This document shows, in pieces, positions 39,950 to 51,234 of a DNA stretch of 64,000 nt. The position numbers and the translations under genes were made by a program. Source of the stretch: Dipteris shenzhenensis (lineage: Eukaryota); NCBI GenBank assembly GCA_047967505.1, contig CM106538.1, one strand, 5' to 3'. Under the pieces are notes generated by a model that saw only the letters and a list, made by a program, of their open reading frames with translations, did no database searches and was not told the DNA's origin. Each line of letters begins with the position of its first letter. Positions within the stretch are counted from its first letter, which is position 1.

Positions 39950-42785
39950 GGAAAGTACAAACTTTATATCCACAAAGCTCATCTTCAAGACCAATTGTTC
40001 AAAAGATGAAAAAGGAAAGGATTTCCATTGATGACAATGTTAGCTATGGCAATTTTATGGAAATGTTTGAAAGTTCTTCGTAGAAAGTGAAGAAATACAT
40101 AAAAGAGATAAAGCCACACCTTCATATGATTGCATTTCATGCGAAAGAAATTTCAAGAAACAAATCATGTATGTTACAAAGAAAACGTTCGAATGGTTGG
40201 CAAGAAAAGGAGTATATCTAAACATTTCGTTCACCGAAAAATAGCATAGAGTTTGCCATGAATGCAAAAAAGCAATCAAATGAAACGTCTTGCCTAAATA
40301 CTTTACACCAACAAACATATCATTGAATGCTCCACTCTTTCTCGTATATATGCTAAGTGATGATGAGGAACACATGGTAGCACCCAGTCTTGCTTTTGCA
40401 CAAATCAAAGAAATGAGTTCTAATGGGTAGCACGACATCACTAGAAGCATCATCAATGTGTTGGTAGATACAAGCAAAATACAACCTATACTACCACGTT
40501 TCATAGACGATGATCACTCAATAATCATTGAGATCAAGAAGAAAATGGAATATAAATCAACTTTGCCAATTGGAAATGTTTGCCCATATAGTCTTGTGAA
40601 AGCATTTAACATATGGTAGATACACCATTGTACAAATCCAACAATGTCACTATAAACAATGAGTGGCACAAATATATACTCACAATGAAGCCGCCAAAAT
40701 TATTTCTTCTGAAGAAGGAAATAATAGTAACAACATCCTTGAACTTGAAGAGGAAATTCAGTCAGACATGTTGATACATAATTTGATGAGCACAGAGCAA
40801 GTAATAACCTTTGAAACTCAAGCTATTTATGTGGACCCTTCAAAAACCAAAAGATGTTAGGTATTTTCAAAGATGTGCACAGCCGAAGAATCGAGTTTTC
40901 CAATACTCTATCTTGGCTCTCCAAGATCAGTTGTTGGCAATACTAGATTGACATATCTAGATATAGTGAAATGGGGAATAACACATAAATCCTTGAAATT
41001 TGCTCATAATTTTACAATTTGGTATTTCAAATCTATTAAAGCTTTGATACATTAAGTGGTGCAATCTATATGGGTGTGTTTGAGAAAAGGTATGCTGCAA
41101 AAGAAAATCTTGTGTGAAAAAGATGTTAAGAGCAACACCAACATCAAACAAATACTTAATCCGGAATAGGGTATAGGGACTTTGAGAACATTCCATCGCC
41201 CGACCACAAAGAGAAGCTGCGCAAAGAGTCCTTTGCTATGATGCGGCAATTAGGGCCTCCTACTTTTTTTGTTACTTTATCATGTGGCGAGAGGATGTGG
41301 GAACCATTGCTCACTACTCTAAAAACAACATACATTCCAAATAGCATGATGGCTTTAGACTTTCAAGCATAGGCAAACATGAAACAATTGGTGAGACAAA
41401 ACCCTATACTATGTGCCCGACCCTACACCCACAAGCTACATAATATGTTATAACTACTAATGAAAGACTACTTGATAATTGGAAATGTTATTGATTACTT
41501 CTTTGTCACAGAATTCCAAAGTAGAGGAAGCCAACATGAACATGGAAATTCAATCTTGTGGGTTGAAAATGCATCAAAATATAATTCAAACAATACTGAT
41601 GAACTAATAGAGTTCATAGATGAGCACATAATATGTGATAAGAATTTCTTGAATGAAAATATGAACAAAATACAAACTCATAAACATACAAGGACATGTA
41701 CTAAAAAACAACATAAACTCTGCTGATTCAAATATCCTAAGCTGCCACTGCATGAAACAATGATACTTAATCCTCTAACGATTGATGAAAAAATATAAAG
41801 AAGCTTACAATAAAGTTCAACAAGAAACTCACAACTATGAAATAATAAAAAGCACTTCATTTACTGAATGATTGGAATTGCTACAAGTTGACTTGCAAAC
41901 ATAGGTCATTGTGGGCATCAATAACAAAACCAGCATTATTTCTCAAGCATCAACCTAAAGACATGTTCGCAAACATCTTCAACAAGAAAATAAGCTTGTG
42001 ATGGCAATCTAACACGGACATACAATCTATTATGGACCCGTACATAGCTGCATCATATTGCATCTCGTATATCATGAAAATGGATAACACGATTATACAA
42101 ACAATCCATGTGAAACAATGAGAACATGCATACAAGAGAACAATCCCACACAAGAAAGGCTTAAAAAGATGGAGAACGCATTCCTACATGCCCAACAAAT
42201 GAGCGCACAACTTGTAGCATTCTTAACTCTACCATTGCCATTGCACAGATCAACAAGAGATTTCCAATTTGTCAATACATTAATTGAGAAGCATAAAAGA
42301 GCCTTCATTTTGAAATGTAGAGACAAACTACCTGCACTCGATAGTAACTCCATTGACATTTCGTGTGACACTATAATCGACAAATACATTAAAAGGCATA
42401 AATATATGGATAACATTTTCCTTACTACGTTCGCATCAGAATACAACCACACTAATAGCAAGTCCAAGAAAAGAAATAAACCAAAGATTTCAAGATTTAT
42501 AAAGTTCAACAAGTTCAAGGACCGTAAAAATTACTACCATGAACAACTTATCCTATACTATCCTTTATCAGAAGATGAGAACCAAGAACTAAAGATCTAT
42601 GGGAGTTGGAGAAATGCTTACTAAGCAAGAGAGTCTACAATAGACAAGAATAGGGAGAAATACAACTATGATTGCCATCACGAAGAAGACTTGGACAACC
42701 TCTATAACAATGTCAAAAACAATAATGAGGAGAATAACACTTTTGCAGATGAAGTGAGAACTATTTCGTAGAAACAAGAAGTAAA
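39950..42785 (+). mobile_element. Helentron/HLE2-type Helitron-like element, N-terminal and Rep (HUH) region, degenerate
   Basis: DUF6570-like EEHMVAPSLAFAQI...ILPRF...EIKKKMEYK (~40365-40560); RQLGPPTFFVTLSCGE (~41245); EFQSRGSQHEHG (41511); QTHKHTRTC; WQSNTDIQSIMDPYIAASYCISYIMK; NAFLHAQQMSAQ...LPLHRSTR. Confidence 0.85.
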
Positions 42786-43845
42786 TGGCATATTATTTTT
42801 TATATCGTAAAAGTTGCCATTTTATACTCATTTCCTAAAAAATCACTTCCTATCATAGGATTAAAAAAAAGCATTGAGTTGTGTGCTTTTCATTCTAGCC
42901 ATTGTTGACATTCCAGTTTGCAATGATTCACATGCATGCATCTACTTCCTATTTGGGCATGGAGGGTACTACAGTGTAGCAGGTCTTTAATTTCCTATTT
43001 TCTTGTAGGGTATTAGATCAATCCTACTAGGCCTCTAAGCCCACCTTGGGGAGTCTCCTAGAAAAAAAAAACAGGGCCTTTGTATCTTGCAAAGAAGAAT
43101 TTATTTGACCCATGGCTCAAATATGAATAAAGTCCTTGCATCAACGCAGAGAAGAGGAGCTACAAAAAAGAAAGTGTGCAAGCTAAAAGTACAAGCAAAG
43201 AGAATCTACATCCAAAAAATGGAATTCTTGACTTGACTAGATTTGCATGAATACATAAAATTGAGCACATTCTCCATTGAACTGATGTACACACAAGGAA
43301 GAAGTTAGTATGTACTCTCCGCATATTTTTGTCTCCTCATCAAGCACGTATTTTGTAATTCCTGGATGATGCCAACATATATTGTATCCTCATCTATTTG
43401 TGGAAGTTTAAATTTGATCTCCATTGGGTCTCCATCCCTGATCTCCATCCCGATATCTATAGGTCACAAGGAAAGTTGATGCTATTATGACTCATAGCTC
43501 ATGATAGAAGATGATGTTATCAAGTTATGTCATAAATTGACAATAGCAATGAGCCATAATATGATTTGAACATGGGCAATTAGAGCTATATTTACACTAG
43601 GATTATTGCTTGGTGCTTGTAGGGTATATGTGTGGGTTAGATAGAATTTCCTTCTATAAGGAATTTTGGAGTAGACAATGAGTCCCTTACCTTGCACCAA
43701 ATTTTGGAGTGCATTCAAATTCAAACTTCAACAAATTGCCAAAACATAATTGTAGAGCCTCTTGTGCTCTAAATTTGAGCCAAAAGCTCCCAAAACCAAG
43801 TTGTGGTTCAAAAGTTATAGCTGTTTTACTATTTATGTATTTGTT

Positions 43846-44030
43846 ATGACAAAATTTGACGATGTTATCGAATTCTATCATAACTTATGACAAAATTCGA
43901 TGATATCATCGAATTTTTTCATAACTTATGACAAAACTCGATGCTGCTATCGAGTTCTATCACAAGCATGCCAAAATTTGATGATATCATCAACTTTCAT
44001 CATAATAACTTGATGCTGTCATCGTATTTA
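43846..44030. repeat. ~41-bp tandem repeats with palindromic core, inside an insertion (~42790-45130) that splits the Helentron
   Basis: ATGACAAAATTCGATGATATCATCGAATTTTTTCATAACTT-like unit, about 4 copies; the core AAATTCGATGATATCATCGAATTT is a perfect palindrome. Confidence 0.8.
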
Positions 44031-45134
44031 GGGTTAACTTTATGGCATGGCTCTATGATATCATCAGATTATGTCTTAATTTTCATTTTTAAAAAGGATT
44101 TAGGATATTTTTAAGGTGAAAAGTGACATGCAAGACCATGTTCAAAAATAAAAAATTTGCAAGTTTTTCTCTAATCAACTCTCTTTTTCGCAAAGGTTTT
44201 CCCTGGTTGCCTCTCTTAGAGAGTCGCCTACAGTAATCCAGGCATGATTTTTTATCTTAGCCACATAGAAATTGCTTATGATATTCCAAGACACGCTTAG
44301 AGAGTCTTCTGTGATCTTCCAAGCTTAATTTTTTATCTCAACCATATAGAAGTTGTAGTTAATAATGATTAGTGCAAGCATCACCATCAGAAACTCAACC
44401 TCCCTTTCATAATGAGGTTGGTGATTTTGTTAAGCTAGAGCATGAAACTAGAATGGGTTCAACCATTGTACAAGAAGGAGAGATTGCTACCACTGTTGTG
44501 ATAAGGTAGGCATATATTGTGTTGATGTTTACTTAGACATTTGGTTTTTCATATAAATTTTGACATATGGACATATTTTAATTATTGAAGTGATTTGGTT
44601 TTCTATTTTTCATATGGATTTCCCATTTGGTACATATTTCACGTGTACTTCCTTTGGTTTCTTGGTTATAATGTAAATGATAATATCTTTCATGTTCATT
44701 TGGTTTGAATTACATTTCTATACCATCACTGATGATGAAGTCTTAGGGTGACCGTGGATGTAAAATATTTCTTGCAACCTTTGCAATAAAATTCATAATC
44801 TAGCATGTGTTTTGAAGATGATATTCATGTGTAGTCAAATTTGAAAGCCTAAGTATATGTATCTAGTTCATCTTAAAAAGTTGCATTGCAGAAATTTGTG
44901 CCCTTTTGTAGAATTGATTGTTTTTGAAGATGGACCTATGAGAAAATAAAATACTTTTAAAAAGAATCTTTTTTCGAGAAGCCATGCAATGTTCTCACTT
45001 CATCTGCAATAGTGTTGAATGATGATTTGCCCTTAGATGATGGATTGACAAATTGCAAAATGGCAATTTATATGACATTCGATAAATATGCCTGAACTAT
45101 AAAAATCGACAAGGAATGACCAATTCCTAATTAC

Positions 45135-45650
45135 CATAAAGAAATAAGTGCTCATGGACAACAATGAGTACTTTCACAAGCTGCGGTTGTTGAACAAAGA
45201 GTAACGCGAGTTGTTTGATGATGTCATGCTCTGAAAGCGTTTATATCCACAAGAGAAAATACAGTTGTTCCCTGGTAGGAGGGGTCAAAATAGGGGAAAC
45301 ATATCTGCTACTCCTAAGAGTCCAAGGCTTGCTACATTATTACAATCATATTCTATCAAATGTGGACTATAATTGGCCTAGAGTCCTAGTGTTGGCATAT
45401 ATTGACAAAGCATCACACAATATTAATGGTAACACAATATACTCAACATTGCACCTACCCACACACACAAAGAACCTAACATCACTCTAAACAGAGAAGC
45501 TAGACACACTAACCACCCTATATTCATAGGTACAACTCATATTTTTTAATGAAATCTCCTTGGTCCAAAAAAGAACATTGAACTTTGCTGACTTGAGGAT
45601 GTGCACCTTGGAAAGAAACCACGATCTTTTCTTCATTGATATATATTATA
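45135..45650 (+). mobile_element. Helentron PIF1-like helicase, N-terminal part (Q-motif, motifs I, Ia, II)
   Basis: LNKE*RELFDDV; degenerate Walker A LVGGVKIGET; LAYIDKASHNINGNTIYSTL; IFFNEISLV; ends NHDLFFIDI just before the insertion. Confidence 0.8.
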
Positions 45651-46699
45651 GATGTTGTTCCATGGAGGCAGTCAATAGAGTGAGTGCATTACAAAAAAAT
45701 TGGACTAAAAAAGGGCCCTGTAAGGGAGCCCTTGGGCTAGTGACATGGAAGGATAAGGTGAATAAAACCCAATAGAATATTGGCTGGTGGAGGATAATAG
45801 AATATTGGAAGTGGACTGACTTCTCCATTTCTTTATTCAATGGCCCAAACAATGATGTGGAGCACCCACTTGTTACCTCAACTCTCCCATCATGTTTTTT
45901 AACTGTAACCAAATTGAGAAACCTAGTTTCTCAAAACCAAACTTGTACCATTTGACCTGAAACCAAATCCTCCCATCCAACTACCATACTCCTTTCATTC
46001 TCTCTCATTCCTCTTGCTTCCCCCTCATTTTTGAGCACCATTTTGAATTTTTCTTTGCTCCAGCCCTCTTTTCAAATTTCCTGCTGGCTCTTGAGTGGGA
46101 AACTTCTTTCTCTATTCTCCCTCTCATGGGATCGACTCTCATGCCAAAATCTCATCACTTCTCTTCTCTACCTGCATTTCCCTCCCATTTCACTCTCATT
46201 CTTTCAAAACTTTGATGCAACTTTGAAGAAGCAGTTAATTTGTAGTTTGTTTTGCCAAATTGTGTTGTTTTCTTTTAATACATGATTTGAAGAGGAAGAA
46301 AGCCTTTGTTTGTTTTAAAAGATACACTCTTACTATTGAGGTTTTTTATAGAAGATGGTTTGAAATAGATTTGGAGTTGTTTGCAAGCATATAATTAGTT
46401 TTGGAGAAAAATCCATCAACTTCAGCATCTTGGATTACAAGAGGGACCATTGTGATGAGGACAAGTTTGATCATGTTTTTTCTTCAAAGATCCTTGTGAG
46501 GTATTGTTTGTTCACATAGTTTAACAATGTTTGATGATAAGTAAATGTTTTTTTGAATTTGTAGATTTCAATCATTAGATTTTGCATGCAAATGGGGTTT
46601 TCATTTTTGCTTGGTTTGCTACTTTTTTGAAACATGTCATGTTTGTATATTGTTTGTTGATGTCAATGTTATATTATATTAATGGAAAGTGCATGAAAT

Positions 46700-49600
46700 C
46701 ATGCAAGCTGCTAAAAAAAAAAGGTGGATATCCATTTTCAAATAGATGGAGAGAATGCACCATTTTTAAAGAGGAATGAATTCTCCTTAGCAAGTGAAAG
46801 TGATTTAGTAGCTCTTTGAAATCAAGGAAAAACACATATGGATTTGTGGTTAGAAGCAAAAATATATCCAGTAGATCCACAAACTTGTCAGAATCCTCAA
46901 TTCCATGGATTTGACCAGCTTAATAAAGTTCCTATGTAAGGGTGAGAATGGTTTGTTAGGATATTATCGAAGGTTGATTGGTCATGGAGTAAGTAGTCTT
47001 CACAGCCAATATCAATCTTTGCTTAATGAAAGAGACAAAAGAATCGCAATGTTGGAGGCTTGGAATCAACATTTGGTATCATCTATGTAGGCTACAAGTG
47101 TCCAAATGTCTGCATATGATGGCATAGGGAAGAAAAATAAGGAATTATAGGTAAAGGTTCAAACATGAGATGCTCAATTGGGAGAGAGCACTATAAATGC
47201 AATTCACTTATAGATGCAAAACAAAGCTCAGAAGGATGAGATCAAAAAGTTAGAAAAAACATTATCATTCATGAAGGATACACCAATGGGTCCGAGACTA
47301 CGTAAGAGGAAATTGCATCCAATGGATGAAATATCTAAGAAAAGCAGAAGCGTTGAGTGAGAGCTTGTAGGAGTGTTTCAGAACTCATGTCTATGAATGA
47401 TGAACACTATGGTGCTATGGGTGAAGTGTTTACAAAAAAAATGTTGGAGTCTATTATACAACATCCAAAGTCAAAAGTCTAAAATCAGAGATTACATTTG
47501 AGTCAATGAACAAAGTTGTGGAGCATTTCAATGCAAGTAGTACACAGGGAGTTTGTAATACTGCAAGGATAAGTACAAGGACATATCATCTCATATTTAA
47601 GAGCTTAAAAACAATATGTCTTTCTGTGGGAGCAAAAGTTAAAGCCTTGCTTCCTAAACTGACTGATGTTGATAAGGCCAAGCATGCACTTAGTTTGGGT
47701 GTACTTGATTTAGTTAGTGAGCCCCAGCATGTATGTAGTACACTTACTTTGAAAACAAAGGCTAGAGAGTCTAAAGAATTGGAATTGACAGTCAACAATA
47801 ACTTTGTGATGGATGTTTGAAGAGTTCTGCAAGCCATGATGAAGTTTTATGATATGCCTATAAAGGAATGCAATGGTACTTTGAAAATTGTACTAAAGCT
47901 TGGTGAAAGTGAGGCGGTCAAAGGTCAAAAATTAGAAAGACAGTTGATGAAAGTCTGACAATGATGAATAGAACACTGGACCTTGAAGTTGAGCTTGATG
48001 ATGCAAGACAGTTCAGTGTGCAATTAGAACAGGAGATTTGGTGGTTGGCTACCTTTGAGGTATGATGGAAATTTGAATTTTAATGCAATAATGCAAAAAG
48101 ACTTAGAATATTTTGAAATAACATGTGAGTTTTTTTTGCAGGTGCCAAAAGAGTCACATTCAATTTTGAAGTGGTTTTTTGATGAAACCAATATCCCAAG
48201 TGTGATCAAAGGTCATAACAATGGTGAGCTACTTGAAGTTGAGGGCTATGGATCCTACCATGTAGAATGGCATCTAGTTGCTGACCTTAAGACTATTAAA
48301 TGTATGTTTAATGTGGCACATGGAGCAAATATGAGCCATGCTTGTCCACGGTGCATGCAAATGAGAGTACTTGCAAAGGGTGGTAAAAAGAATCAAAAGA
48401 AATGGGCCTCTGAACTTGCAGCAGAGATAGATCAAACTAAGGCACCGGATAGGGATGCTCTAGGGAAAGATCCATCATGGAGCCCAATTCTTGAAATTCC
48501 TCTTGAGTGAGTAGACATTTGTGCGCTTCATGCTATTGTGAGAATACTTGAAAAGTTGGTGCATCCGTATATCATTGATGCATATAACTTGAAGCCCTTG
48601 TAAGAAAATAATACGTCTGTGCTCAACAGATAACAGGATCTCGTACACGAGAGAAAACCAGATAGTATGGAGAATCAAAAATTTGATTATTGTAGAATTG
48701 ATACAATAGATGGCGCTGCCTCCCAGCCGTGCGCTCCTGTGAAAGAAGCTTTGATGGCAAGCTGGAAACAGTAGAAAGAGGAGGCTTGATGCTAAGGAAC
48801 TAGGGTTGCTATAGCCAGTGATAAAATGGGCTTCACGAGCTCGCTCTTATATAGCCACTAATCGTAGTCGATTAGACCCAATATGGTGACCGACCCAGTC
48901 CGCCCAAAACGGTCGACTGGGGGTCGGTCCCAAAATAGGCCAACGACCACACGATAGAACCGGTGCGCAAAATAGAGCAACTAACCTATGTCTCCGTTCG
49001 GCCCACAACGTCCGGGATCATCTGGGACTCCAAACGGGCCTCGCAACCCGAGAGTGGGTTGCCTCGGGAAATGCTCCGTCTACCCTCAATGCGGTCAGTC
49101 AGGGGATGCCTTCCCGCAGTTGCATGTAGCCTAGTCGGCGGTGTGCCAACTCTATCTAAAGCCGTCCAGCCATCAGGCCACACATGGCCCCCATCTGGTG
49201 TCCAAACCAGGACCTACCGGATAACCGAGCTACTCAAATGCCTTCTCCTCATATGGGGGGCTTACAAGTAGAGTTAGCTGGTTCCCGCAAAGTTACACAA
49301 GAGTGGAGATGTGCATATTGAATGGTCCTATATTTACTAATTTGTTTTTCTATTTGGCAGTACATTTTATATGCTCATGTACCATACATGGCATGGAATT
49401 ATGGAAGCATCGGAGTGTGATCCACTTAGGGCATGGAAAGATCGCATTGGCAAGCACGTTGTGCATATAATAGAGTGACCCAACATGGGGGTGGTAGAAC
49501 TAAGTCAAGCCCAATGGTTCAATTCATTCAATGGTGGTATAGGCATCTTGAAATAAGAGCAATTGCAACACTAGCATTTAAAGAGTCCTTAGTGTCCCAT

Positions 49601-49726
49601 GTAGTGCAAGATGTTAACGCGGAACGTCGAAGAAGGATATACAACTCATCAAATGCAAGAAAGAATCAAGCAAGATGGCATGCAACCCATCATAGACAAG
49701 GGCGCATATGGGTGGAGACATATTAA
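46700..49726 (+). pseudogene. Degenerate RAG1/Transib-like (CMC-related) DDE transposase, intron-containing, interrupted by a solo LTR
   Basis: In order: coiled-coil N-terminus; KIVLKL[G/D]ES (~47884); WWLATFE|VPKESHSIL across a GT-AG intron (48060-48141); EWHLVADLKTIKCMF...HACPRC (48260-48355); CALHAIVRILEKL (~48520); last exon YILYAHVPYMAWNYGSIGV*ST*GMERSHW...TQHGGG (49361-49726). Many stops and frameshifts; start is approximate. Confidence 0.75.
48599..49266. mobile_element. Solo-LTR-like insertion in the transposase
   Basis: TGTAAG...CTTACA inverted ends, 668 bp, GC-richer than flanks. Flanks GCCCT/AGTAG are not a TSD, and transposase sequence appears to be missing across it. Confidence 0.6.
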
Positions 49727-50106
49727 AATAATGGTGTAGACTCTTCCAATGTGGATGCCCATGCATAAGTTTCATAATTTCTTTGTAATTTTAGTTATGT
49801 GATTTGTAGTAAAGCTAACGTATAATGGCCATGAGTTGCAGTATAAATGAGAAAATTTGTGTTATTGAATGTTAATTATAAGTATTTAGCTCAAGGTTGC
49901 ACTAATTTTACTTTTTAAAGAGTTTTTATTGAAACAAGTATTTTTAAAAATTAGGATTTTGGGCCCGATATAAAATAATGGGACCTCATTTTCATTTCAT
50001 TGTTTAAAGAGCTCTCCACTCCCACACCGCCTCCCACTTGCCCCTGACATTTCCACCCTATCTCTCGCACCCTCACCCTTTCTCTCACACACACTCTCCA
50101 TCCCCC

Positions 50107-50832
50107 ATGGCCAGGCCCAAGATCAAGGCACCATAGAGACTGGCACAGCCAGACCCACCTCCAGACTCAGAGACAGAGAGTGTAGCCTCCCCCCCTCTCC
50201 CCCCGATGATTCCTGTTGAAGGGAGAAAAAACCAATCTAGAAGCCAGATAGGGAGCAAGAGGGATAGAGGAAGGCACAAGAAGATCCTTATGTAGAGACT
50301 GAAGACTCAGAGAGCACAGAGGAGGAGCACGAGGAAGAGGAACATCGAAGGACAAAGCAGAGGACCAAGGCAAGAACAAGCAATTAGGGTCCACGCCAAT
50401 GGGGGAGAGGTGCTCGAGCTCCAAGTACAGGGCAAAGAGGCCCTCAACATCCAGGAAGAGGCCCTCCACATTAAGGGCAAAGAGGCCCTCCTCCAGTGAG
50501 GCGATAAAGATTCAAGCCAGGGATGGTGGCACTTCAGGAGATCAGAAGTTTCAAAAGTCCATTGATCTGCTCATCTTGATGGGCGACCTTTGCAAGGGTG
50601 GTATGCGAGGTCATGTAGGACCTCAACCTCTCAGTTTTATAGGCACGGAGTTGTGGAGGCTCCCTGACATATTTCTAGAGATGCCTTGCTTGCCATGCAG
50701 CATGCAGCTGAGGCCTATGTAGTAGACCTCATGGATGACACCCAGCTGGCTGCCATCCATAGGAAAAGGGTCACAGTGACTGTCTCACACATGCAGTTTA
50801 TTGTCCATCTTAGGAAGCCCAAGGACACTTAG
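50107..50832 (+). pseudogene. Intronless divergent histone H3 / CENH3-like gene inside the TIR element (frameshifts and premature stops)
   Basis: Starts MARPKIKAP, then a long acidic and G/P/R-rich tail. Histone fold reconstructed across frameshifts from 50508: RFKPGMVALQEIR(K)[90 protein letters not shown]. Confidence 0.85.
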
Positions 50833-51234
50833 GGATGTTGTATGCTTCACCTTCGACGATAGTTAGAGTTCATGTACTCTGCCTACGGGCACCTATCTTG
50901 CATCAGCCTCTTTTCAATATAATAAAATGTCTTTTTTTGAATTGTCTTTGTATGTGCAATCTCAAATTGATTTTCAGTGTATTTGCAATCTATTAATGTA
51001 CTTACATGCAATCTCAATTTACTTTACGAAAGACTTTCTGATGATGTATACAACAACAAAATGAAATAATAAACATCAAATCTCAATAGAACATGCAAAA
51101 GGAAATAATACTCAATTTTACTTAACATGGAAAAGGAAACAATGTTCTATAGCGGGAAGAGAAAATAATTTGAAAATGGTATTCTCTATTGACATAGAGT
51201 AGTATTACAAAGAGCACCCACTTGAATGCACAAG

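Noticed and set aside
45687-45720. Reading the TIR as a true RSS heptamer/nonamer
   Set aside because: It begins CATTACA rather than CACAGTG, and no 12/23-spaced nonamer or 5-bp TSD is evident.
50107-50832. Calling this the host's functional CENH3 gene
   Set aside because: It has several stops and frameshifts, no introns, and lies inside nested transposons; no gene symbol assigned.
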